This document shows positions 1 to 8,786 of a stretch of DNA of 24,892 bases, one piece after another. The notes under the pieces are model-generated. The model ran no database searches. It was not told the origin of the DNA and was given only the letters and a program-made list of their open reading frames with translations. Each line of letters opens with the position of its first letter. The first letter of the stretch is position 1. Source of the stretch: Candidatus Altiarchaeales archaeon. GTDB taxonomy: Archaea; Altiarchaeota; Altiarchaeia; IMC4; QMZM01. The position numbers and the translations under genes are program-made. The stretch covers positions 1 through 24,892 of the forward strand of contig QMZJ01000001.1 in NCBI GenBank assembly GCA_003663115.1, in the 5' to 3' direction.

Positions 1-12
1 TATTAATGTAGA

Positions 13-435
13 ATGACAGGAAAAGGGAGGAGATCTTCTATAGATAATATAGAAATCAACAAAGATGAAAATTATCTTATCGTTTCTGTTAACCCAAAGA
101 TCTATAACCTGGATATAGTTTACTATGCCGCCTACGTTCTGATGGACAGGGCATATGCCATACTCGGTGGGGACCCGGAGAGGGAGATCCTGGTGGAGTT
201 AAGACCAAAGGATAATACGGATTTAGAGACCCTGGGCAGGGAATTTAATAATGAATTGTTAAATTATGCGGTATACATGAAGCAATCCGCAAAAAATCAG
301 AGGCTGAGGGAAGCGATCCTGCAGAGGGTGTTGATGACCAATCTCGCTCCCGTTGAGGGCGAAGAAGCAAAGGATCCCGAGGGGATCGCCAGGCCCTGGA
401 GGGAAAAACATGGTAAAGGAAGGAAAAAAAGTTAG
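13..435 (+). CDS. hxsD: His-Xaa-Ser system protein HxsD
   Basis: VSVNPKIYNLDIVYYAAYVLMDRAY...EFNNELLNYA...LREAILQRVL matches the HxsD pattern. The C-tail DPEGIARPW resembles the 'DPxGIAxPW' end of CPR/DPANN-type HxsD. Lies upstream of HxsB. Confidence 0.85.
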   Translation: MTGKGRRSSIDNIEINKDENYLIVSVNPKIYNLDIVYYAAYVLMDRAYAILGGDPEREILVELRPKDNTDLETLGREFNNELLNYAVYMKQSAKNQRLREAILQRVLMTNLAPVEGEEAKDPEGIARPWREKHGKGRKKS

Positions 436-676
436 AATAGACGAGAAAAAAAATCGGGTAACGGTTACCTTTGACACACGGTTCTATGAACCAGAGAGCA
501 TAAGATTATCGGTTAATGACTTCAGGGATTGTTGTTCTGCTAAATTGAAATCAGAAGATGGTAAAATCACGGTGGTATTATCCCCAAAGAGTAAAGAGAT
601 CGACATAAACACTCTTGGCTATGAATTCTATAATTATGTTCTTGGTAGGATGAGATCAAGTGAATCTAGGTTTTAA
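410..676 (+). CDS. Second HxsD-like small protein (88 aa)
   Basis: ATG at 410 preceded by GGAGGGA, overlapping the hxsD 3' end (the ORF-track start at 353 is probably too early). TFDTRFYEPESI...VVLSPK...TLGYEFYNYVLG parallels HxsD (NPKIY...VELRPK...TLGREFNNELL). Confidence 0.75.
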   Translation: MVKEGKKVRIDEKKNRVTVTFDTRFYEPESIRLSVNDFRDCCSAKLKSEDGKITVVLSPKSKEIDINTLGYEFYNYVLGRMRSSESRF

Positions 677-682
677 TTTAAA

Positions 683-2104
683 ATGCCCATCACCTACTTT
701 GATGCAAATACATGTATAGATTACACGGAGAACCAATACTTCGTAAAGAGATTAGAACCGGATTCCTTTCTAATAACCACAGAACACGGAGCCTGGGTTG
801 TTCTGAATAAAAGGGAATATGACCTTCTGAGATTAAATCAATTGCATAAAGACCCAAATCTGTTTAATACGTTAGAGTATAAGGGGATAATAGTCACGGA
901 GAGGAACATAGGCCATATAGTGAACATATACAGGTTAAGAAAAGATTACCTCTTTAAAGGGGTGAGCCTCCATATAGTCGCCGTGACATCAAAATGCAAT
1001 CATAGATGTCCATATTGTTATACGGGATTACAAAAAAACGGGAAGGATATGGACGAAGATACGGCAAAGGCCGTTGTGGATTTCATATTCCAGAGCCCCA
1101 GTCCAGTGATAACAATAGAGATCTCCGGGGGGGAACCGTTAATGAATTTCCCAGTTGTTGAATTCATTATAGAATATTCCAAGAAACTAAATAAAAAATT
1201 CGGGAGGGATTTGATATATATACTGGTGACAAACCTCACCCCGATGGATGAAGACATCTTAAAGTATCTGATTAAGAACAATGTATCGATATCTACATCA
1301 TTAGATGGACCAAAAGAGGTACATGACAAAAATAGGAAATATCTGAATGGCAGGAGTAGTTATGAAAAAACGGTTTACTGGATCGATGTGATAAAAAAAC
1401 AATACAAATATCCTGCACTGGGTGCTTTACCTGTAGTTACCAGACATTCATTGCCCTATGGAAAAGAGATAGTTGATGAATACATCAAACACGATCTCAA
1501 TTTTTTAAGGCTCAAATACATTTCACCAACGGGAAATGCACAAAAACGCTGGGATAAACTTGGTTATACGCCTGAGGAATACCTGGTTCTATGGAAAAAG
1601 GTTCTGGATTATATCCTCAAACTAAATGGTAAGGGCTTAGAATTCAGTGAGGGATTAACGACACTCATGCTGAAGAAGATCCTCCTAACTGTAGATCCAC
1701 TCTATGTAGATCTGAATATGCCCTGTGGTGCCGGGATAGGTCAGATCACATATGATGAAAAGGGTAACATTTATACATGTGATGAAGCGAGACCGTATGA
1801 TATCTTTAAGCTGGGCGTTGCAGATAAAAACAGGTACAAGGAGATCATAGCATCGAGGACTGTTACGAGCATGGTCGACATATCATCCGGCTATCCACTG
1901 ATGTGCGATTTCTGTGTGTGGAAACCATATTGTGGCGTATGTGGTGTCATATCATACGCACAGCAGGGGAATATAATACCAAAGCTACCACTCGATTTCA
2001 GATGCGCTATTCATAGGGGGATGTTTGAGCATATATTCAGAAAATTGCTCTTCTCAAAGGAAAAGACGATATTGATGAAATGGGCTAATATATCCATGTT
2101 CTAG
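683..2104 (+). CDS. hxsB: His-Xaa-Ser system radical SAM/SPASM maturase HxsB
   Basis: SLHIVAVTSKCNHRCPYC (CxxxCxxC), SGGEP, VTNL, STSLDGPKEVHDKNR, SPASM PCGAGIGQITYDEKGNIYTCDEAR and CDFCVWKPYCGVC...C. The CGAGIGQ...TCDE signature is typical of HxsB. Confidence 0.9.
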   Translation: MPITYFDANTCIDYTENQYFVKRLEPDSFLITTEHGAWVVLNKREYDLLRLNQLHKDPNLFNTLEYKGIIVTERNIGHIVNIYRLRKDYLFKGVSLHIVAVTSKCNHRCPYCYTGLQKNGKDMDEDTAKAVVDFIFQSPSPVITIEISGGEPLMNFPVVEFIIEYSKKLNKKFGRDLIYILVTNLTPMDEDILKYLIKNNVSISTSLDGPKEVHDKNRKYLNGRSSYEKTVYWIDVIKKQYKYPALGALPVVTRHSLPYGKEIVDEYIKHDLNFLRLKYISPTGNAQKRWDKLGYTPEEYLVLWKKVLDYILKLNGKGLEFSEGLTTLMLKKILLTVDPLYVDLNMPCGAGIGQITYDEKGNIYTCDEARPYDIFKLGVADKNRYKEIIASRTVTSMVDISSGYPLMCDFCVWKPYCGVCGVISYAQQGNIIPKLPLDFRCAIHRGMFEHIFRKLLFSKEKTILMKWANISMF

Positions 2105-2118
2105 AGTTTCTAGAGTTA

Positions 2119-2138
2119 CACATATATTTTTATACCAG
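2119..2138 (+). promoter_or_regulatory. Putative archaeal TATA-box promoter of the precursor gene
   Basis: CACATATATTTTTATACCAG. TTTTTATA at 2127-2134 is centred about 26 nt upstream of ATG 2157, compatible with a leaderless transcript. A similar motif occurs at 12612-12627. Confidence 0.45.
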
Positions 2139-2156
2139 AAACCCAATAATTTATAT

Positions 2157-2507
2157 ATGAAAAAGAAACTTCCGAAGATAAAGAAGGAGGTATGCTGTTT
2201 CTTGTCCGATGAGAGCGGGAGAATATCAAAGAAATCATTGATTGCAATAAGCTCTGTGATTGGGGGTATAGCAATATCCGGGCTATTTTCTGGCGCCATA
2301 CGATCCGTTAAGGCAGATGGGCCCTATGGTATCCGGGCTACCTGTAATCACACCAATAATATTGGTGCAGATTATGATCCAACGAGTTGTACAATTAAAG
2401 TCACCCATAATCTTAGTTTAAATAAACATTACAATTCTGGTGTACATATGATATCAGGTTGTACACACACCAATAATTGTGATGCTACAGATCCATGCAA
2501 TCCTTGA
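2157..2507 (+). CDS. Putative RiPP precursor (HxsA-like position), His/Asn/Cys-rich core
   Basis: 116 aa directly after hxsB. Basic leader MKKKLPKIKKEV..FLSDESGRISKKSL, hydrophobic stretch, VKA|D cleavage-like site. The 63-aa core has 5 His and 5 Cys, with CxHTNN twice. Confidence 0.75.
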   Translation: MKKKLPKIKKEVCCFLSDESGRISKKSLIAISSVIGGIAISGLFSGAIRSVKADGPYGIRATCNHTNNIGADYDPTSCTIKVTHNLSLNKHYNSGVHMISGCTHTNNCDATDPCNP

Positions 2508-2574
2508 CAGTTTCCTTATCCATCGTTAATGTGTCCATCCCCTCTGCTAAATTTTGCACGTCCTTCAGGATAAA

Positions 2575-3393
2575 ATGGCTAAGATCACTTTCATTGTCAA
2601 ATACATCACGATTTTGTTTTTACTTTCTGCACTGCTGCCAATAATAACTACATCATATCCTGTTGTGCAAGAGAGAAAATATGAGGGATACTGTCTCACT
2701 GCTCTGTCATATATACTAAGTGAGGAACAATCTAAAAAACTCCCATTCAAGAATTTCGAGGAATTCATTAACAGTAGTATTGAGGTGGATACTTGGGACC
2801 CAGTGGGGTTTCTTAAATTCGCTCACGATCAAGGAGATGGCAGGGTGCATGCCCGAATAGGTAGAGTATATGAACATTTAGATGTCGCTTTCTATTACAC
2901 TATAGATAAAGGTGGCCAGAAGAGTGAGTTCTTCGGATGTGCTCTATTACCCTCCGATTCTCCAAAGGGACTAAGATGGTCAGATATTGTAGTAATTGAA
3001 AGTAGGCAAAAAATTGGAAGGATAATGGTAGACAACATTACATTTAATCGCGTGGATTATATAGTTAAATATTCAAACTCAAATGGCTCCTTTAATTGGG
3101 GTACAAATACAACAATTTTAATATTGTATGATAGTAACTCCTTGATTGCAAAGGGGTGGGATGCGTATATATCCTGGATAGGTACGAATCCTTATGGGGA
3201 GAGGGAATTGGTTAAGGATATCATAGAGGATAGAACTATACGAATAGAGACGCCAGCTAGGTTAGAAGAACGACAGGCGAGGCTGGATGAAATTATCCAC
3301 AGCAGCCAGATAATTATTGCTGTTTTAGTTGGGATAATGATCATGATTCTCTTAGTAGAAAGAAAAAGAGAGATCGACAAATGGAGGGTTTAA
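2575..3393 (+). CDS. Hypothetical surface protein with N-terminal signal/TM and C-terminal TM anchor
   Basis: ATG 2575; hydrophobic ITFIVKYITILFLLSALLPII; C-terminal IIIAVLVGIMIMILLV followed by basic ERKREIDKWRV. No family recognised. Confidence 0.75.
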   Translation: MAKITFIVKYITILFLLSALLPIITTSYPVVQERKYEGYCLTALSYILSEEQSKKLPFKNFEEFINSSIEVDTWDPVGFLKFAHDQGDGRVHARIGRVYEHLDVAFYYTIDKGGQKSEFFGCALLPSDSPKGLRWSDIVVIESRQKIGRIMVDNITFNRVDYIVKYSNSNGSFNWGTNTTILILYDSNSLIAKGWDAYISWIGTNPYGERELVKDIIEDRTIRIETPARLEERQARLDEIIHSSQIIIAVLVGIMIMILLVERKREIDKWRV

Positions 3394-3394
3394 T

Positions 3395-4489
3395 ATGGTA
3401 AGGAAAAGGACCATAATAGTATTTATCTTTCTGGGAATCGCATATATTGGGATAACATCGGTGGTGGACTTACCGAAGATTATAATGCCAGAGTTCAGGT
3501 TGGCTGAAAATACTACAGAGCCCGTTTTTTTGGGAGTTGACTCTAAGCAGATAAGCGATTATTATATTTATATGTACGATATATCAACGAAAAAGATTAC
3601 AACCTTGGTGTCGAATAAGGCGGGTTTGTTCAGCCCGTCAATAGATGACAATAGAGTGGCTTATATCAGCTATAGTGATAATGGCCCAGACATTCATGTA
3701 TTTGACATAGCCACTGGAGAGGTTAAACAGATAACCTCCGATCCCTATGAACAAGATCGTCCGCAGATCTACAAAAACAGGGTGGTATGGGAGGATGACA
3801 GAAGTAAATATGCAAAAGGAAGTAGAGTAACAAATATTTTGGATATATATATGTACGACCTAATCACTGATGAGGAAATACCGCTCATAACGACACAGCT
3901 TAAAGAAATGTTCCCAGAAATTTATGGCGATATAGTGGTCTGTGAGATATATAGTGATATAGCACATGAGAGGATCTATTTCTACAACATATCATCAAAA
4001 GAATTAAAAGAGATAACCTCAAGTTCACAGATGATGGGGTCACCTAAGATATATATGAACACCGTGGCATGGACTACACTGCTCGCGGGAGGAGACATCT
4101 TCATATACGATCTTGCAACGGGTAAAAAAATGCAGATTACCGATTCGGTAGAAAATGAATTTGATATAGATATATACAGAAACAGAATTGTCTACGCAAA
4201 AGGATTTTTTGACAGTGGTTTAGACATCTATATGTACGATATAGGTTCTGGTGTTGAGACGAGAATTACCAACACACCAAATAACCTGGAAAGGATGCCA
4301 AAGATCTACAAGGATATAATCGTCTACGTGAGACGGGAGGGGGAATACTCAAATATCTATTTATATGATCTAAAAACTGGAGAAGAGGTCAGGATAGAAT
4401 CTCCATCAAAATTCAATTACTTGCCAGATATCTGGGAGGATAAAATAGTGTGGATGGCGTTCGATATTTCTAAAAAGGGGTTTTGGTGA
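3395..4489 (+). CDS. Membrane-anchored beta-propeller protein (TolB-like / Methanosarcina surface-protein repeat type)
   Basis: N-terminal TM. Seven repeats of DIY(M/L)YD(L/I)xTG-E-xIT...P-I-xx-xVVW, the archaeal TIGR04275-type blade. Confidence 0.85.
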   Translation: MVRKRTIIVFIFLGIAYIGITSVVDLPKIIMPEFRLAENTTEPVFLGVDSKQISDYYIYMYDISTKKITTLVSNKAGLFSPSIDDNRVAYISYSDNGPDIHVFDIATGEVKQITSDPYEQDRPQIYKNRVVWEDDRSKYAKGSRVTNILDIYMYDLITDEEIPLITTQLKEMFPEIYGDIVVCEIYSDIAHERIYFYNISSKELKEITSSSQMMGSPKIYMNTVAWTTLLAGGDIFIYDLATGKKMQITDSVENEFDIDIYRNRIVYAKGFFDSGLDIYMYDIGSGVETRITNTPNNLERMPKIYKDIIVYVRREGEYSNIYLYDLKTGEEVRIESPSKFNYLPDIWEDKIVWMAFDISKKGFW

Positions 4490-5418
4490 GATGGTTTTTA
4501 TCCTCTACAGGTAAGTTACCCTATAGAATGAAAGCGAGAAAAGAATTCTTTGATGAATTAAAAAAGTTACAGTTGCATAATGATGTAATGAAGGAAATTA
4601 TTTTAGTACATGAAGGGGTTAAACCCTTAACGAGGATAATGCTTCCTCAGTCCCAACTCAAGTCATTTCAAGAGTTTTTAAGAGAGTATGGGTTCTATAT
4701 TGCAGAATCGGGTTATAAGGTCATATCGAAAAGAGACAGGGGTAAGGGGGGCTGGAGGAACAAAATCCTAAGGATAGTTAGTGCAGATTCTAGGGAGGGA
4801 GATCCTTTCTATTATATTGCCAAATCAGAGGAGATTGCTGAGGAAGCAAAAGCTGCAGAATTTCTAAGTTCAGATAAATCCGGTCAATTATTGGGTTACC
4901 CAGAATGTTGTCAGAAGTTCTTTAAAAAATACTTTACACTGGCAGACGAAAAACAGTGCGATTTCGTTCTTTATACGCTCTCAGAGACAAGGGAGGACTA
5001 TCCATATGATTTCTATAATAACAATGCCTCCCGATACTTTGGTTATTCTCTACTGAGCCATTTTCCGTGTTCTTTTAACTGCAAGGAATCATCGAGTCTG
5101 GCAAAGAGTTATTACGATGTGCTAAAAAAATACTCAAAGGAATGGGCGGACATGTTCCTTTATTGGCAGAGATCGGCGATCATCTACACCGAATACAGGG
5201 GCGTGTTCTTACTTAAGAATTTCGAATTGGATGGAAATGTTTTAAGATATGGCGATTCATATTGGCCGTATTCCACAATAATAAACGAGAATCTGCACAT
5301 ACTAAATAGGGCGGACAACATTCTGATCAATTCAAAGAACAATTTCTCGGCCCGTAAGGGAGAAAGGGTTTTAAAGAACTTTAAGGGCGAGAATGTGGGA
5401 TTGATGATTTTTGGATAA
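4486..5418 (+). CDS. DUF483-like Cys-motif protein
   Basis: GQLLGYPECCQKFF and HFPCSFNC motifs. GTG at 4486 overlaps the upstream TGA (GTGA coupling); alternative ATG at 4528. Confidence 0.65.
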   Translation: MRWFLSSTGKLPYRMKARKEFFDELKKLQLHNDVMKEIILVHEGVKPLTRIMLPQSQLKSFQEFLREYGFYIAESGYKVISKRDRGKGGWRNKILRIVSADSREGDPFYYIAKSEEIAEEAKAAEFLSSDKSGQLLGYPECCQKFFKKYFTLADEKQCDFVLYTLSETREDYPYDFYNNNASRYFGYSLLSHFPCSFNCKESSSLAKSYYDVLKKYSKEWADMFLYWQRSAIIYTEYRGVFLLKNFELDGNVLRYGDSYWPYSTIINENLHILNRADNILINSKNNFSARKGERVLKNFKGENVGLMIFG

Positions 5419-5421
5419 TTC

Positions 5422-5469
5422 AAAAGAAATAGTTTTTAAAGCCTTATCATATATATAATTATTGGAGGG
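5422..5469 (+). promoter_or_regulatory. Putative BRE/TATA promoter and Shine-Dalgarno for the ABC operon
   Basis: Purine run AAAAGAAA (5422-5429), TTTTTAAA (5433-5440), GGAGGG (5464-5469), then ATG 5477. Confidence 0.5.
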
Positions 5470-5476
5470 ACAAAGA

Positions 5477-6508
5477 ATGAGGATTAACAGATTACCGATT
5501 TTGGCTTTATTTCTAACGACCATAGCTCTGATGAACGGTTGTCTCGAATCCAAAGAAAAGGCTAATGAGGTAGTCATCTATGTCGCTCACGATCAGGATT
5601 ACTCGGAACCTATCTTAAAGGAATTTGAGGAAGAAACGGGCATTAAGGTAAGAGCGCTTTATGATACAGAAACCACGAAAACGGTTGGTTTGGTAAACAA
5701 ATTGATAGCTGAGAAAAATAGACCCCGGGCGGATGTATTCTGGAATAACGAGGTAAGTAGAACGATCGTGTTGAAAAAAGAGGGCATTCTCGAGCCTTAC
5801 TGCTCACCCAATGCTGCCGAGGTCCCGGATATATACAAGGATCCGAACTGCTACTGGACGGGCTTTGGGGCGAGGGCAAGGGTTATAATCTATAATACAG
5901 AGCTTGTAGATAAAGGGGATGCCCCGACATCTATAATGGATCTAAGGGATCCAAAATGGAGGGGGAAGATATGCGTGGCAAATCCATTGTTCGGATCGAC
6001 AGGATCTCACGTGGCCTCTCTCTTCGCATACTGGGGGGATGAAAAAGCCATGCAGTACCTCAATGATCTGAAGGAAAATGACATCGGGATCGTGGAGAGC
6101 AATGGCATGGTTAGAGACTTGGTCGTTAGTGGCGAATTTTACATAGGTCTAACAGACACGGATGATGCGAATGATGCCTTGGTTGAGAATAAGCCCATAG
6201 CGATGGTATTTCCGGATCAGGGGGATGGGGAGATGGGCACATTAGTGTTTCCAAATTCGGTAATGCTGATCAAGAACGGGCCAAACCCGGAGAATGGGAA
6301 GAAGCTTATTGACTATCTTTTAAGCAAGAGGGTGGAGAAAGCCCTGTCCTATTCTAAGGCAATGCAGATACCCCTAAAGCCGGGAGTAGAGCATCCGGAG
6401 AATGTTCCGGATATAGGTAAATTGAAAAACATCCCTGTAACACAGGAGGAGATCTATAATAAGTTAAAGGTATCCCAGAGATTTGTTCAGGAGCTTTTTA
6501 TCAGATAA
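5477..6508 (+). CDS. ABC transporter substrate-binding lipoprotein (Fe3+/thiamine, FbpA/AfuA-like class)
   Basis: Lipobox-like LMNGC; VVIYVAHDQDYSEPILKEFEEETGIKV, PRADVFW, WTGFGARARVIIYNTELV, DLRDPKWRGKICVANP, NGPNPENGKKLIDYLLS. Confidence 0.88.
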   Translation: MRINRLPILALFLTTIALMNGCLESKEKANEVVIYVAHDQDYSEPILKEFEEETGIKVRALYDTETTKTVGLVNKLIAEKNRPRADVFWNNEVSRTIVLKKEGILEPYCSPNAAEVPDIYKDPNCYWTGFGARARVIIYNTELVDKGDAPTSIMDLRDPKWRGKICVANPLFGSTGSHVASLFAYWGDEKAMQYLNDLKENDIGIVESNGMVRDLVVSGEFYIGLTDTDDANDALVENKPIAMVFPDQGDGEMGTLVFPNSVMLIKNGPNPENGKKLIDYLLSKRVEKALSYSKAMQIPLKPGVEHPENVPDIGKLKNIPVTQEEIYNKLKVSQRFVQELFIR

Positions 6509-6526
6509 TCCCAATTCTTACGGAAG

Positions 6527-8068
6527 ATGCTCCAAAGATTTCGGATAGATCTGAGATTATTATTAAAAATTTTAGCATTTTTACTGTTTCTCATTCTCGC
6601 TATACTCCCCGTTCTCTGCATCTTTTTATCAAATCTTTCACCCGAACTTTTCTCTGTTTTTGATGAGAGGCTCTCATCGATTTTCCTCAGAACCCTTCTA
6701 CTGTGTCTCGGCACCGTAGCGTTAAGTCTTGCTATGGGAATCCCGTTCGCCTTTCTTTTAGAGTATACCGATCTGCCTTTCAGGCAATTTTTCAGGATTG
6801 CCTACCTCCTACCTTTGCTGATACCACCGTATATAAGTGCAATAGCCTGGCTGGAATTTATGGGAAAGAAAGGGGATCTCGTAAGTTTAGATTTACCCAT
6901 TTATGTATACAATCTGCCCTCTGTCATAATTATTCTGGCACTTTCATTCTTCCCAATCGTAACATTGATAACGTCCTTTGCCCTCAGAAACATCGATTCC
7001 AGACTGGAGGATGCTGCGAGACTTTTATATCCGCAGAGAGAGGTTATAAGAAGGATAACCCTTCCCCTGATAATGCCCCACATTCTCATCAGTTCGATCT
7101 TCGTTTTCGTGTTTTCTATCTCCGAGCTCGGTGTTCCAGCGCTGCTGATGGTAAATGTCTTTACCCCGGAGATATTTGCGCAATTTAGCGCCTTTTTCGA
7201 TACATCCAGGGCAATTGCGCTATCCATCCCTATGGTTGTATTAATATTTATTATCATTTTATTAAACCACAGGTGCCTCGGAAGGAGATCCTTCATAACG
7301 ATATCATCCTTCTGGAGGAAGGGGAGATTGGTTAGGCTATCAAAAACTCATAGATTAATCGCACTGACATTCATCTCCATTATCCTGATCTCCTCCACCT
7401 TGATACCCATATTCATCCTGTTACTTGAGTCCAGACTTCAGTTTCTAAGAGCCTTTTATGAGGGATTTGAACCTATTATAAATAGCCTACACTCTGCCAT
7501 TCTCGGTGCCACATTAATGACCCTTCTTGGTTTTTTTCTGGCGTATTTTTATAAGAGGTCGTTCGATCCAATAATCCTGTTTCCGATATCAATTCCAAGT
7601 ATGACGGTGGGGATAGCAATTATCAATTTTTTTAACACTGATATGACTTCTCTCATCTATAACAGCTTTTTGATCATTATCATCGGGTACACGGCGAGAT
7701 TCCTCCCGTTTGTCACAAAGACACTCTCCCCGTTCTTCGAACAGATACACCCATCAATAGAGGAATCGGCACTATTATCCGGGTCATCCTTTCCGAGAAT
7801 TCTTCACAGAATCCTCCTGCCACTGATGAAACCGGGGATTATCTCCTCCTGGGTAGTTGGTTTTGTCCTTTCTGTCAGAGAATTATCCGTAACTCTTCTG
7901 GTCTCCCCGGCGGGATTCCAGACACTACCTGTGAGAATCTATACACTAATGCATTACGGGGCCCCGGAGATGGTCTCATCCCTCTCCCTGATACTTATTT
8001 TTTTGATCATAACACCCGTAATTTTACTTCTCGTATCTAAGAGATTAATAGGGCTGGTGATAAAGTGA
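6527..8068 (+). CDS. ABC transporter permease (FbpB/ThiP-like, two modules)
   Basis: Polytopic. Two EAA loops (LEDAARLL...RRITLPL; IEESALLSG...RILLPLMKP); PLLIPPYISAIAW. Confidence 0.9.
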   Translation: MLQRFRIDLRLLLKILAFLLFLILAILPVLCIFLSNLSPELFSVFDERLSSIFLRTLLLCLGTVALSLAMGIPFAFLLEYTDLPFRQFFRIAYLLPLLIPPYISAIAWLEFMGKKGDLVSLDLPIYVYNLPSVIIILALSFFPIVTLITSFALRNIDSRLEDAARLLYPQREVIRRITLPLIMPHILISSIFVFVFSISELGVPALLMVNVFTPEIFAQFSAFFDTSRAIALSIPMVVLIFIIILLNHRCLGRRSFITISSFWRKGRLVRLSKTHRLIALTFISIILISSTLIPIFILLLESRLQFLRAFYEGFEPIINSLHSAILGATLMTLLGFFLAYFYKRSFDPIILFPISIPSMTVGIAIINFFNTDMTSLIYNSFLIIIIGYTARFLPFVTKTLSPFFEQIHPSIEESALLSGSSFPRILHRILLPLMKPGIISSWVVGFVLSVRELSVTLLVSPAGFQTLPVRIYTLMHYGAPEMVSSLSLILIFLIITPVILLLVSKRLIGLVIK

Positions 8069-8784
8069 GCTTTATTGAAATTCATAAAGTTGATAAGTCC
8101 TTCGGCAAGAAGAGGGTGATCTCCAATCTATCCCTATGGGTAGAGAAGAACGAGCTTTTGGGCATTCTGGGTCCCTCGGGCTGTGGAAAAACAACCCTCC
8201 TGAGACTTATTGCCGGATTTGAAGTGCCGGACAGGGGTGAGATCAGGATAGATGGTGACTGTGTATACAGCTCGAGTAATGGGATATTTGTACCACCCGA
8301 AAAAAGGAATATCGGCATGGTATTTCAGGACCTGGCACTGTGGCCCCATATGACGGTAAGGGAGCATATCGATTTTGTGCTTGGATCGAGGAATATCAAG
8401 AGTAAAGAAAAAATCGAGGAGATTCTGGAGTTGGTAGATCTAAAATCGCTGTCAGAGTCTTATCCGGAACAGCTCTCGGGTGGGGAAAAACAGAGGGTCG
8501 CCATAGCCCGGGCCCTGGCTCAGGAGCCAAGGGTTCTACTACTGGATGAACCACTCTCGAACCTGGATCAGATCCTGAGGAAAGATTTTAAAGGTGAGAT
8601 CACAAAGCTAAGGAAAAAATTTGGAATCACCACCATCTACGTAACCCATAATTATCTTGAATTGATAGATATAGCGGATAAAATTGCCATAATGCGAAAA
8701 GGCAGAATAATCCAATTCGGAAGAAGTAAAGAGGTTTATCAAAGCCCAAAAAATAATTTTGTGAGGAATATTCTGGGTAAATAG
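8065..8784 (+). CDS. ABC transporter ATP-binding protein (FbpC/PotA-like, no C-terminal TOBE domain)
   Basis: Walker A GPSGCGKT, GMVFQDLALWPHMTV, signature LSGGEKQRVAIARALA, Walker B LLLDEP, YVTH. GTG overlaps the permease stop. Confidence 0.92.
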   Translation: MSFIEIHKVDKSFGKKRVISNLSLWVEKNELLGILGPSGCGKTTLLRLIAGFEVPDRGEIRIDGDCVYSSSNGIFVPPEKRNIGMVFQDLALWPHMTVREHIDFVLGSRNIKSKEKIEEILELVDLKSLSESYPEQLSGGEKQRVAIARALAQEPRVLLLDEPLSNLDQILRKDFKGEITKLRKKFGITTIYVTHNYLELIDIADKIAIMRKGRIIQFGRSKEVYQSPKNNFVRNILGK

Positions 8785-8786
8785 AG

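Noticed and set aside
2101-2117. CTAGAGTT tandem 8-mer at the hxsB stop
   Set aside because: Two short copies only; not distinguishable from chance.
2193-2240. Precursor as an Flp/type IV prepilin (FLSDESG)
   Set aside because: The residues after Gly are RISKK, not hydrophobic, and there is no Glu+5. Kept only as a leader curiosity.
2505-2574. TGA read-through (selenocysteine) of the precursor
   Set aside because: The extension QFPYPSLMCPSPLL... shows no core-like motifs and overlaps the pyrimidine-rich spacer. There is no evidence for recoding.
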